Source of the DNA: Macrostomum hystrix
Taxonomy: Eukaryota; Animalia; Platyhelminthes
Reading direction: 5' to 3'
Assembly (NCBI GenBank): GCA_950097015.1
Contig: CATNEN010000038.1
Location: 22,258,001 to 22,322,000 of the forward strand
DNA length: 64,000 nt
In this document: positions 1 through 10,464 of the stretch, in pieces
Position numbering within the stretch: the stretch's first letter is position 1
Layout: each line of letters begins with the position of its first letter
The notes under the pieces: model-generated
The model's database searches: none
Told to the model about the DNA's origin: nothing
What the model saw: only the letters and a program-made list of their open reading frames with translations
Translations under genes and position numbers: made by a program

Positions 1-1491
1 CTTGGGGGCTAACCCCCAAGAACCTTTGGTGGATTTACACGGCGATCATTAGACCGTCCGTCGCTTACGCTGGCCTCATCTGGGCCAGCGCCATGAGAAT
101 CCAGAAAAACCTGGAGGCGCTTTATAGGGTGCAGGGCAGAGCCTGTCGTATGACGCTGGGCGCCCCACCCTCCACTCCCTTCGAAGGCATGAATGCTTTC
201 CTCAACGCTACACCCATTGACATTTTCGTCAAGGGGGAAGCAGCAAAGTCCACCCGTCGTCTTCTTGATGCGGGTGTATCCTTCCAGAATTCGCGAGCCT
301 TCTCGAAGCGCTCCCTTCTGCCTCACTCTGACCTCTGCCTGAAAACTCTGGGCGAGTGCGGAGGGCTCACCATCCTTTCGGACGGGGCCCCGGCTACTTT
401 ACTCCGGAGCCACAGGTACAAAGTCAGCATCTCCCCTCGTAATGAGGTAAAGGACTGCTGGGATGACCCGGCAGTCCACTGTTACACTGACGGCTCTCTG
501 ATGAACGGTAAATCGGGATTCGGAGTGTGCGTCGCCTCGGGTGGTGAGGTCCTCTGGACCCACTCCCAATACTGTGGCAAGAGCTCTAGCGTTTTCCAAA
601 ACGAAGTGCTCGCCATCAGCTTCTGTGCGGCTGAGCTGCGCCAGAGGCAGCTGGCTGGTCGGAGGATCTTCTTTCACTCCGACAGTCAAGCAGCCCTCAA
701 GGCCCTCAGCCGCTGCACCTCTCGCTCCAGAACCACCTTGGACTGCAACACCCAGTTAAACGGGTTGGCGCAGTCTAACAAGGTGGAGCTGCTGTGGATC
801 CCTGGGCATGCCGGGTTCACAGGGAATGAGATGGCGGACCAGCTTGCTAAGGCTGGAGCAGCCAGCTCCCTGATGGGCCCGGGCCCGGAGTCCCCGATCC
901 CCATCTCAGTTGTCAACTCCAGCATCAACTGCTGGATGGAGACCCAGCACCGGAGGAGGTGGTCCAGCACCCTGAACTGTCGCCAGTCCAGGGCTGCGGT
1001 GCCAACCCCCTCTAGTAACCTGCGTAAGGCCTTACTCAGGCTTAACCGCAGAGACCTAAGAGCAGTCACTATGGCTCTTTCGGGACATGGCTGCTTCACC
1101 AGACACCGCTACCTTCAAGGCCACGTGCCTGAGGAAACGTGTCCCTTCTGCTGCTCCGGACGCGAAAATGCAGAGCATTTCATCTGCCACTGCCCGGCCT
1201 TCACCCGGGCCAGGCTAAAACATCTCGGGCCGGCACCGACTCTCGCCGAAGCCTGCTCGCCCGAGAACATCCCACAGCTCGCCCACTTCCTCCGGGATAC
1301 CGGCCGAGCTGATTTCTTCCCAGCCTATGGCGAGGAAGATCGCGCGGCGGAATCGACCGACGGACCACCCTGAGCGGCACCGCCTCGCTGGAGGCTGTCT
1401 GGCTGCCAGGGGTTAGCGATATGGGCGGCATCTGCCGCCTCCTCGCTGCGTCCGTCATGGAGGCTCCCTGCCGCTAAGTCAAGTAAGTCAA
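1..1491 (+). mobile_element. 3' end of a non-LTR retrotransposon with RNase H (LOA/I-group, Lian-like)
   Basis: Frame is open from position 3 ([27 protein letters not shown], post-RT region). It ends in a short GC-rich 3'UTR and a (TAAGTCAAG)x2 tail at 1475-1492, after which sequence homologous to 4108-4205 resumes. Confidence 0.9.
3..1373 (+). CDS. LINE ORF2 C-terminal part: RNase H plus CCHC zinc knuckle (5'-partial)
   Basis: RNase H motifs [44 protein letters not shown]; C-terminal [18 protein letters not shown]. No stops, so a young copy. Confidence 0.9.
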   Translation, partial: WGLTPKNLWWIYTAIIRPSVAYAGLIWASAMRIQKNLEALYRVQGRACRMTLGAPPSTPFEGMNAFLNATPIDIFVKGEAAKSTRRLLDAGVSFQNSRAFSKRSLLPHSDLCLKTLGECGGLTILSDGAPATLLRSHRYKVSISPRNEVKDCWDDPAVHCYTDGSLMNGKSGFGVCVASGGEVLWTHSQYCGKSSSVFQNEVLAISFCAAELRQRQLAGRRIFFHSDSQAALKALSRCTSRSRTTLDCNTQLNGLAQSNKVELLWIPGHAGFTGNEMADQLAKAGAASSLMGPGPESPIPISVVNSSINCWMETQHRRRWSSTLNCRQSRAAVPTPSSNLRKALLRLNRRDLRAVTMALSGHGCFTRHRYLQGHVPEETCPFCCSGRENAEHFICHCPAFTRARLKHLGPAPTLAEACSPENIPQLAHFLRDTGRADFFPAYGEEDRAAESTDGPP

Positions 1492-1590
1492 GACTTCGCT
1501 TTAATTCAATCTAGTTCTCTACATTTTCGGCCTTCTGATTGGTCCGCCTCTCACTTTCTAGCCTCCTCTCTTACCCTCAGTCGCGCACTC
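1492..1590. repeat. Dispersed ~100-bp repeat, second copy at 4108-4205
   Basis: gacttcgct...ctgattggtccgcctctcactttctagcctcctctctt...cagtcgcgcact occurs at both loci; the LINE 3' tail abuts this copy. Confidence 0.8.
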
Positions 1591-1995
1591 TCTTGTTATC
1601 GCCACGCCAACCCCCTCCAGTCTGTCCAACTTAACCATGCGCATATTCGAGTCGTGTATAGCCAAGGGCACAGCGCCCTGTCACTTTCGCTTCTCTTCTC
1701 TCCATTGGATACCCGCAGACCAACTTAAAAAATTATTGCTTCTCTTAATTTCTCGACACTCCTTCCAAGCAATTCGGAAAAAAACTCGAGCAATTCCCTA
1801 TTATTCATTTTTGTGCTTTAATTGGCTTTCGGCCTTTATACTTAAGCTTAATTCCCCAGGCTCACTTCTGCATTCTGCTATTTTTTACCGTTGGTCTAAT
1901 TTGTCCGAGCTACGATTTGTGAAGTGTAAAAGGTCCCGCTTTCAGGCACTTATAAGTCTTTAAAATTTTGTAAACAAAGAAGAAAATCTGCTCAC

Positions 1996-4900
1996 AGAGC
2001 ACGGCTACTGAGGTCTGCTTGCTGACAGAGCCAAGTCTGCAAGAGTAATTTCCAGAGTGATCAGGGAGTGCTCGAGCCACTGCAGTCTCGTGTTCTGCAA
2101 TGCAGGTACCGTTCGGAAGGCAGAGCTGGAGCCCGCTTGAGTTGAAGCACATCTGTGAGTTGTTGCAGTGCAGCTCGCAGCTTACAGAGAGCCTAGACTT
2201 GAGGGCCACCACCTGATCTACCGAGGTCGCTGGAATATAAGTTACCATTGAAATTTCAAGCTCAACTTGTGCACTACCTGCTTAAGAAATTGCTTTGAAA
2301 GTGAACTTACTCAGAACACTGACAGTGGAAGTTTTTGCAACCGATCCGAATCTGCACCAGTAGTCACCTGAGTGCTCAGGCTGAGCACTGCCAATGTGCA
2401 GCTCATGGCCATTTATGCAGCTGCCGTTGGGAGAGCACAGCTGCAGCTCGCTTGAGCTCGAGTTGAGTTTTACTCCATCGCAGTGCAGCAAGCAGCTCAC
2501 ACTGAACTTTGAGCTCTGAGGCACCAGCTGAGGCGCTGAGGATTCTGGAGATTTACAAATCATCCAATCGACATTGCTAAATCAAGGAAATTAAAAAATT
2601 TCCCTTCCACAACAATAGGTCCATAGTGAAAGACCCGAACTCACTCAGATGCATAGCCTGAAGCCTGAGATCTGCGAAGCTCATGTAGTCCTCATTATTA
2701 GGTGACACAGAAATGTTCCTTCGCAGCAGCAAGTGTCTCACCTGGAGTTCAGATGAAATCTCAGTGGGATCCAGAACTCATCAGAGCACAACTCAAGGCA
2801 CAGAGCAGGTCTCACCTCCGCTAAGCAGTTCACGGTGAAGATCTCACCAGCCTCGATACTCGCCTGCTTGCTCACCGTCAGGCCGCACCGTCTCCAGAGC
2901 TGCTGAGACTCTCTGAACTGGCTGTTCATGTTTCTTGAGCTGCAGTGATCACCTGAGAACAGCTGACTGCTGCTGCTCGATGTCCAGATCTCGATGTCTC
3001 TGGCTCTCGAGTAGACAAATTTAGCGCCATCTAAAAGTGAGAACTTCACGACTAAGCAGTGGAAGCTGATGTGCATGGAAAAAAATTGAGCAGTGACTCA
3101 CCCTCTCTGCCCTTCACAGTGACTGATCTGATGAGCACTGACTCATTCAGCTGCACTGCGAACCAATGAAATCCTCCGTCCGCTTGGCTTCTGTCTTTGC
3201 TGTGGAAGAATTCGTAGCTGTGGGTAGAATTCTTTACCGTCTTTTCCTCTTCGGCGGAGCTTCTGCTGCTGAAGCAAGACGTTCTTCCGCCGATCGTCTC
3301 AAAGGACGACTGCCAGGAGTTGAGCACTAGGCTCCTGCGAATCGGCAACTCACAGGCTGCAGTTGCCATGGAAAATTGCATTTCAGAAAACACTGGACCA
3401 ATTCTCTATTATTCATTATGGTGTTTAAATTGGCTTTCGGCCTTTATACTTTGACTAATTTCCCTAGGCTAACTTCCGCATTGTGCTTTTTTACTGTTTG
3501 TCTAATTTGTCCGAGCTACGATTCGAAGTGTAAAAATGTCCCGCTTTCAGGCCCTTATAATTCTTTAAAAGTTATAAACAAAGTAGAAAACCTGCTCACA
3601 GAGCACGGCGACTGAGGTCTGCTTGCTGACAGAGCCATGTCTGCAAGAGTAATTTCCAGAATGCTCAGGAAGTGCTCGAGCCACTGCAATCTTGTGATCT
3701 GCAATGCAGGTACCGTTTGGAAGGCAGAGCTGGAGCCATCTTGAGCACAGAATTGAGCTGCTGCAGTGCAGCTCGCATCTCACAGTGAAACTCGACTTGA
3801 CGGCCACCAACTGATCCTCAGAGACTGCTGAAAAAATATTTTGACCAGCTGGTATGATAAACAGATAAACAAATAGCGATCGAATGCATTTTCTGTGACT
3901 GAAGTCTCTGTGACGAGGTAAAGGCAGGATGGGAATCAAGTATCGATTTTCGTTGATGAGGAGCTAATTTCTCAACGAGTTCATGAATTCCATTAATCAG
4001 AATGATCGTTGAATTGGCTATTGGCGTTTCAATTGACTTTGGGTGTTTGCTACCCTGTCCTGTCTGTTTTGCTGTCTGCTTACCTTGGATTCTTCACAGT
4101 CAGTTATGACTTCGCTCTAATTCTATCTAGTTCTCTACATTTTCCGCCTTCTGATTGGTCCGCCTCTCACTTTCTAGCCTCCTCTCTTGCCCTCAGTCGC
4201 GCACTACCTGCTTGAGAAATTACTTTATAATTGAACTCACTCAGCACACTGACAGTGGATGTTTTTGCAAACGATCCGAATCTGCACCAGTAGACACCTG
4301 AGTGCTCAGGCTGAGCACTGCCAATGTGCAGCTCATGGCCATTTATGCAGCGGCCTTTGGGAGAGCACAGCTGCAGCCCGATTGAGCTCAAGTTGAGTTT
4401 TGCTCCATCGCAGTAGTCCAGCTCGCAGCTCACACTGAACTTTGAGCTCTGAGGCACCAGCTGATGTAATGAGGATTCTGGAAATTTACAAATCATCCAA
4501 TCGACATTGCTAAATCAAGGAAATTAAAAAATTTCCCTTCCACAACAATAGGTCCATAGTGAAAGACCCGAACTCACTCAGATGCATAGCCTGAAGCCTG
4601 AGATCTGCGAAGCTCATGTAGTCCTCATTATTAGGTGACACAGAAATGTTCCTTCGCAGCAGCAAGTGTCTCACCTGGAGTTGAGATGAAATCTCAGTGG
4701 GATCCAGAACTCATCAGAGCACAACTCAAGGCACAGAGCAGGTCTCACCTCCGCTAAGCAGTTCACGGTGAAGATCTCACCAGCCTCGATACGCGCCTGC
4801 TTGCTCACCGTCAGGCCGCACCGTCTCCAGAGATGCTGAGACTCTCTGAACTGGCTGCTCATGTTTCTTGAGCTGCAGTGATCACCTGAGAACAGTTGAC

Positions 4901-5345
4901 TGCTGCTGCTCGATGTCCAGATCTCGATGTCTCTGGCTCTCGGGTAGAGATATGTAGCGTCATCTAAAAGTGAGTACTTCACGACTAAGCAGTGGAAGCT
5001 GCTGGCATGGAAGAAATTGAGCAGTTACTCACCCTCTCTGCCCTTCACAGTGACTGATCTGATGAGCAATGGCTCACGCAGCCACACTGCGAACCAATGA
5101 AATCCTCTGTCTGCTTGGCTTCTGTCTTTGCTGTGGAAGAACGCGTAGCTGGGGGTAGATTTCATTTCAATCCTTCTTGCTTCGGTGTTGCTTCTGTTGC
5201 TGAAGCAAGACGTTACTCCGCCGATCGTCTCAAAGGACGACTGCCAGGAGTTAAAGACATTGAATCTGCGAATCCACAACTCACAGCTCACATAAGCATC
5301 CGCAGTTGCCATGGAAACTTGCAGTGCCAGGATCAGCAGAAGCAT
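1996..5345 (-). CDS. Signal peptide + [F-type lectin (FTP) domain-Ig-Ig] x2, spliced; 3' end probably outside the window
   Basis: Hand-spliced, phase-consistent GT-AG exons: 5345-5033, 4963-4749, 4674-4578, 4477-4241, 3827-3600 | 3356-3102, 3030-2816, 2741-2645, 2544-2311, 2229-1996. N-terminus MLLLILALQVSMATA. FTP-like FFH..HWFAVWL..IRSVTVKGRED..RARDIEIW..C..C..VRHLLL..MSFADLRL. Ig signatures FSVSC...EHSGDYWC and EHSGNYSC. The 3600->3356 join is inferred; the alternative is two tandem genes. Confidence 0.75.
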
Positions 5346-6204
5346 GGCATTGGCCAGTTTGAGAATTTCAAAATCAGTGAAAATTTTTGCTGCTGAAATC
5401 AACCCAGAAATTATAGCGGATTTACTATGGTGTCCTATTTGAATGAATCGGCACCTGCGATATGATTTGATGATCCAGGGAGTAAAACTGTTCACAGCAA
5501 ATCAAATAAAGGCACAATCTGCTTTATTTCGAAGCTTGGACCAAGTTGTGCTGCTGCTAGTTCATTTATCTGCACTTGTTCTTTCTTGCTCTTTATTTTT
5601 CTTGCTCGATAATATAGCTTTTTCAATCCTTTTTGGTTCTTTCTGCGTTCAAATTGGTGCGTGGCTGTCAGCAGTATGACGTGGCAGCGGTGTCGGGATG
5701 TACCATAGAAGACAGAATCAATTCGTTAAAAACTGCGAGCACTTTGGGTCACATGGGGGAGGCATAGCCGAGACGAAGAATGTCGCAGAGGGGATGATAC
5801 GCTAAGATTAGTCTTTTGGACAGAGAGAGAACTGTGAATGCATTACGTCTCTGGTTGCGACTGAAGGCGCTTGGTCGTATAATGGGAATCATCAATATGA
5901 TGGGAAAGCAGTCAGTTCGAAACATCCTGACTTACGTACGAAGAGACTGGAAGAACGCACACCTGCCAAAAGGAGGAGTGAGAATACAAAAGATCACGCA
6001 AGCTTTGGTGAACAGGTTGATCGATTTGTCAGCAACTACACATTTTTACATTTTTACAACTACATCAATTTCAAGCAAACGCTCATTTTATTTCAGCAAG
6101 CTTGCAATCAAATTCATCAACCTATTTTTGACCAGTCAGACCAGCATCCAAATTCTGCAACCTTGCATTCGACTTCAACAAAAGACATTAATTTTCAGCA
6201 AAGT

Positions 6205-6360
6205 GCAATTATCAACAAGGGCTCATCCCGGTAGGCTCGCCTGCTGCGGCTGTTACAGACCGTGGCGCTGCTTTGCCTGAGGCAGAATGTGGTTGTCACT
6301 GCCTACCACTTGCCGGGCCGTTACCAGCTGTTTGCGGATGCCGCGTCCCGGCTGCATTGC
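6205..6360 (+). pseudogene. Degenerate DIRS-type retrotransposon RNase H fragment
   Basis: Translates AIINKGSSR*ARLLRLLQTVALLCLRQNVVVTAYHLPGRYQLFADAASRLH, matching the DIRS1 RNase H C-terminal pattern (iNKgsS..l..l...c...ni...a.HiPG..N..AD.lSR); in-frame stop at 6232. Confidence 0.65.
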
Positions 6361-6712
6361 CGCCAGGAGCTGCTTCATTTTTGGTGGCGCGCCTATGCCA
6401 CTTGCTGTTATGTTAGGGTAGGGGTGCTTGCATTTAGGGTAGGTGTGCGCAATAATACGAGTATATAAATTTAGGTTCTTCAGTGATTGGCATTTGCAAT
6501 GCATACCTACGTACATGAATGCACCGGTAAAAGACTTGAAAATCTGAAAGGAACTCTAGAGAGTTCTAGGATAAAGCTATGCTAAAAATAGCAGCAGCAG
6601 AGGGCAAGCAACTGAGAGCAGAGAGGTTAGATGACGACACGCCCTGAGCCCACCCATTCATTACAGCGCAAACTCGACCCGGACCGACAGCAAAATCGGA
6701 ACCGGTCCGAAC

Positions 6713-8728
6713 CACAGATACTATATTAACTAGATATGTCACTCAGCAATATTTCATTAAGCTACTTTCAAGTCAGTAGAAATATGAACATTTCTTTATC
6801 TTTTTTGTTTGACAATAAGAAAAGTCGTCGGAGTTTAATACAAGAATACCGCTATTGACAACACAAATTAAAATCCAGATGATGCTTAATGAATTGTGGT
6901 TTTTACACCACTTTTAACACTGTTCATGTATTTAATTTTGTAAAATAAAATTTAAACATAACATTGGATTCTTTGCGAAGTCATATAGTTAATACAAATG
7001 TGCATAAAGTGCCGACAGAGTATGTACAGAAAATATTAAGCAAAGAACAGCGCAAAACAGTATTGAAGTATTTCAAGGATTAAACAATGCAAACGTCAAA
7101 ATATAGCATGCGCAAATATAAAATATAAAATGAGCAAATTTATAGATTTTGTATAACGGATCAAACTTCTGGTGTAAATGATAAACAGTTATGAATGGCT
7201 TGTGTTGGAGGAATAACAGTCAATAACTAGTTAGACTTCTTCACTTTGCGCAATGCGGAATACCTAGATAGTGCACTCGACCGCATTTGGCATCGGCACC
7301 AGTGATGCAGCCGCAAATGTGAAAACGTGCGGAATACTCACTGTTGCACTTGTTCAAGATGTTGTTCACAAGCAGGAACCTTCTGCTGCAGCAGCTCTAG
7401 TTATGGCAGACACCAGGCGACGAAAAAAACTGACGGATTCGCCGTTTCAACGATGACTCTGATGGTAGCGGCATCTTCCATCTACTGCGGAGCAGTCGGT
7501 AAGCCGATGGACTTTTATGATGCAGCTGAATGGAGCTAGCGATGGCATCCTTGGTCCAGCGCATTCCACGGCTGTGAACATCTTTTCGCCCTTGAAGCTT
7601 GTTCTTCATCAGGCGAGTCGCGATCGAATCGCTACCCAACTGGACTGACTTCGCTTTTCTAATTCGGTCTTGCATCTGTCTGATAGTTCGATTCTGCCGG
7701 TGAACTTTGCTACGCAATTGTGCGATGATATCGTTACTTCGTTGAATAATTCCATCCTGGTCGACCGGGCTTCTGGGTACTGGTATTAACTGTTGTCGTT
7801 GATCTGCAGCGTCGCCGTCATTGTAATTATAAGGCAGTAGATGCGGAGGATATGCGTTGTCAATTTCCTCGTCGCTGCGGTCCATCATGTGCGTAGGATC
7901 ATGCGGTATCAGGCGGGGGAGCGTGAGCTCCTTGTCTGGAACTGCGTTCCACCGCAGTCGAGTTGCAGCATCATGTCTTAGGGAAGGACAATTGTAGGCA
8001 TCATCGGTAGAATGCTTGCTGCAAACTCGCAATCCTAGCGATGTTTGCGCAAAGTTTGCGGATCGTTTCGATGTCCAGATCGATTTCCAGCAGCCGCTGC
8101 CATCGACTTGCAACTTCGTTGTCGCTTGGGAATCTATGCATTCGAACAGCGACTCCATCATCCATTAGAGATTCGGCAGTGTAAGTGCACGTTGCCGCAC
8201 AGCAGCGCTTGCAACTGAAGTTCATGCTAAAGCTGTTGCTAACATGTCGCTGTTTTGGTGTATGAATTTAACTTCGCTTTAAGATGATATTCTGTCGATA
8301 ACCCCCACCCCCTACGCTGGCTGTGTGCGATCTTATTTTCCATCCCTCTTAACTTGCTATTGGTCCATTTGGTCTGCCCCTCTCACTCCCTTTCCTTCCT
8401 TCCTCTCCTCACTTATCAATCGCGCCGCGCCTTTCCTCGCAAACTCTACCCCCGTCACTCCTCTACCCCACTTAATTGCTCTGTGAGGCTTACTGACTGT
8501 GAGCCCTGAGGGAACAAACCAATGTACATTTTCTTGAACTGATAACAGAGTCGTATGGGTCATGTGACTTTCTCGTTCTCGTTGTTGCAATCTTTAAACC
8601 ACTTGATTTGTTCATCCTTACAAAAAATACAAGCCATATTCTTTACTTGCTACCGAACAGAAAGTAGCTAAAATATTTAAAAACATAAGTAAATGGAAGT
8701 GAACTATCTAGTTAATATAGTATCTGTG
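6713..8728 (-). mobile_element. P-element family DNA transposon, non-autonomous internal-deletion derivative (2016 bp)
   Basis: 31-bp TIRs at 6713-6743 (CACAGATACTATATTAACTAGATATGTCACT) and 8698-8728 (2 mismatches); 8-bp TSD GTCCGAAC at 6705-6712 and 8729-8736; THAP transposase remnant inside. Confidence 0.93.
7227..8225 (-). pseudogene. THAP-domain P transposase remnant (frameshifted, catalytic core deleted)
   Basis: THAP C2CH pieces CCAATC..HRFP..W / RVCSKH..NAVP, a coiled coil, and GMRW..SPSAYRLLR..PLPSESSL (P-transposase N-terminal region), followed directly by C-terminal-like PACEQH..RLHHWC..RKVKK. Frameshifts near 8050 and 7400 and a stop. Confidence 0.8.
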
Positions 8729-8945
8729 GTCCGAACCGGCCCGCGGGGGAGACCGACGGGAGGAGAATCGATCGAAGGCGGACGTCGAACCCCGTGACCA
8801 CGGGATGATGCGGAGCCGGCGTGGACCCCAACCTGGAGACGAGAGCTGGAGAAGGCCTGGACCGCTCACGATGATCCGATCGATGGGGGGGGAGAGGATA
8901 ATTGACGCTAGGGAAGGGGACTCCTTCGAAACGGAGTCTTTATCA

Positions 8946-9818
8946 GTCTTAACTTATTTGCAGTCTTAAGTTCTTTGCAGTCTTAACTTATTTGCACTTC
9001 GGTGCAGATAAATGCCGAGACCTCCTCGTGGTCAAGACGGTGAGCCGCGCTTCACTGCTGCGGCGGCCAACAGCGGCAGGACAAAGCGGGGGCAGCGGAG
9101 CGCGCACCGGCGAGTTAAACGCTGACGCGAGCGATACCGGCGAGGCCGGCAACATGGCGCCGCGCGCCGAGCTGCTGTCATGCATCTGGGTCTTCGGGGT
9201 GGCGCCGGAGACCATGAGGCTCAACACTACCGAGCCCCAGCTGTACCACAGGGCACACTTCGAGTCGGGACGCTGAACTGCCGCACTCTCAAGGCCGCCT
9301 GGCGGAGAGGGTTGCTGGCGAAGCTTGCGCTCGACCTCAGCTGTGATGTCATCGCACTTCAGGAAGTGTCTATCAAAGCCGAGCCTGGACTTCACTGTGA
9401 GGACTTGGGCTTCGGTTGGACACTCTGGTACACCTCAGCGGATCAACGAGGCCGTGGAGGAGTTGCAGCACTGATCGGCCCGAGACTGCAGCAGAGCTAT
9501 CGCTGCTCTTCCTTGTCCCCCCGGATGCTTCGGGTAGACATCCGACTTCGCGGCCGGAACGCTCGCCTGTTTTGCGTGTACGCGCCACTGCCACCCACCC
9601 AGATGAGGCTCAGGACTTCTTCGAGCAGCACTCTGCGCGCGTGGAGGAGACTGCACAGCGCGACACGGTGGTCGTACTCGGAGTCCTAAACGCAGTTCCG
9701 CGTAAGTCCGAGCGGTCCCTGTTTGTGACGCCCCGTGAAAACGGCAACACCCAAGCGCTGGAGGACTTCCTAGAGAGTCAGGATATGGTGTCGGCCAACA
9801 CCTGCTTCCGCAAGCTGT
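8946..9818 (+). mobile_element. 5' portion of an RTE-like non-LTR retrotransposon (APE endonuclease), 3'-truncated
   Basis: APE motifs LRVGTLNCRTL, DVIALQEV, GRGGVAALI, CVYAP(T), VVLG[V]LNA, NGN, VSANTCF from 9180. Frameshift near 9586; the GDxNA Asp is changed to Val; cut off by the 41-bp satellite. Confidence 0.85.
8980..9078 (+). ncRNA. Putative HDV-like (double-pseudoknot) self-cleaving ribozyme at the RTE 5' end
   Basis: P1 GTCTTA 8980-85 / CAAGAC 9033-38; J1/2 hairpin TTATTTGCAC-TTCG-GTGCAGATAA; P2 TGCCG 9013-17 / CGGCA 9074-78; P3 ACC/GGT around L3 TCCTCGT; P1.1 CC 9024-25 / GG 9039-40; P4 GCCGC/GCGGC; J4/2 GGCCAA with candidate catalytic C9067. Confidence 0.72.
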
Positions 9819-10318
9819 CATACCTACGTACATGAATGCATCATGCCCGACCCCGCTGTCATATCTAAGTACATGAATGCATCATGTCTGACCCCGCTGT
9901 CATATCTAAGTACATGAATGCATCATGCCCGACCCCGCTGTCATATCTAAGTACATGAATGCATCATTTCTGACCCCGCTGTCATATCTAAGTACATGAA
10001 TGCATCATGTCCGACCCCGCTGTCATATCTAAGTACATGAATGCATCATGTCTGACCCCGCTGTCATATCTAAGTACATGAATGCATCATGTCTGACCCC
10101 GCTGTCATATCTAAGTACATGAATGCATCATGTCCGACCCCGCTGTCATATCTAAGTACATGAATGCATCATGTCTGACCCCGCTGTCATATCTAAGTAC
10201 ATGAATGCATTATGTCTGACCCCGCTGTCATATCTAAGTACATGAATGCATCATGTCTGACCCCGCTGTCATATCTAAGTACATGAATGCATTATGTCTG
10301 ACCACGCTGTCATTCTAA
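9814..10318. repeat. 41-bp minisatellite, ~12 copies
   Basis: Unit CCCCGCTGTCATATCTAAGTACATGAATGCATCATGTCTGA. Confidence 0.95.
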
Positions 10319-10464
10319 GGTTAAATTCTAATTAATTAGAATTAATTAATAAGAATTATAATTAGCCTCCCATTTTAAGATAAAAGTATGGCTCAGTAAG
10401 AAAGTGTAATAAAAACAATTTTTACATGGCCTTTTCAACATTAATTTCTATAGTTTTGTGACAA

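Noticed and set aside
5680-6200. ORF 5816-6280 and adjacent moderately GC-rich sequence
   Set aside because: No recognisable motif; may be a decayed transposon fragment but cannot be supported.
6410-6445. TTAGGG-like motifs
   Set aside because: Only two isolated copies; not an interstitial telomere array.
8860-8940. GACTCC-TTCGAAAC-GGAGTC hairpin with upstream CGATGA as a possible hammerhead ribozyme
   Set aside because: No CTGANGA core in the correct topology; GAAA sits in a hairpin loop.
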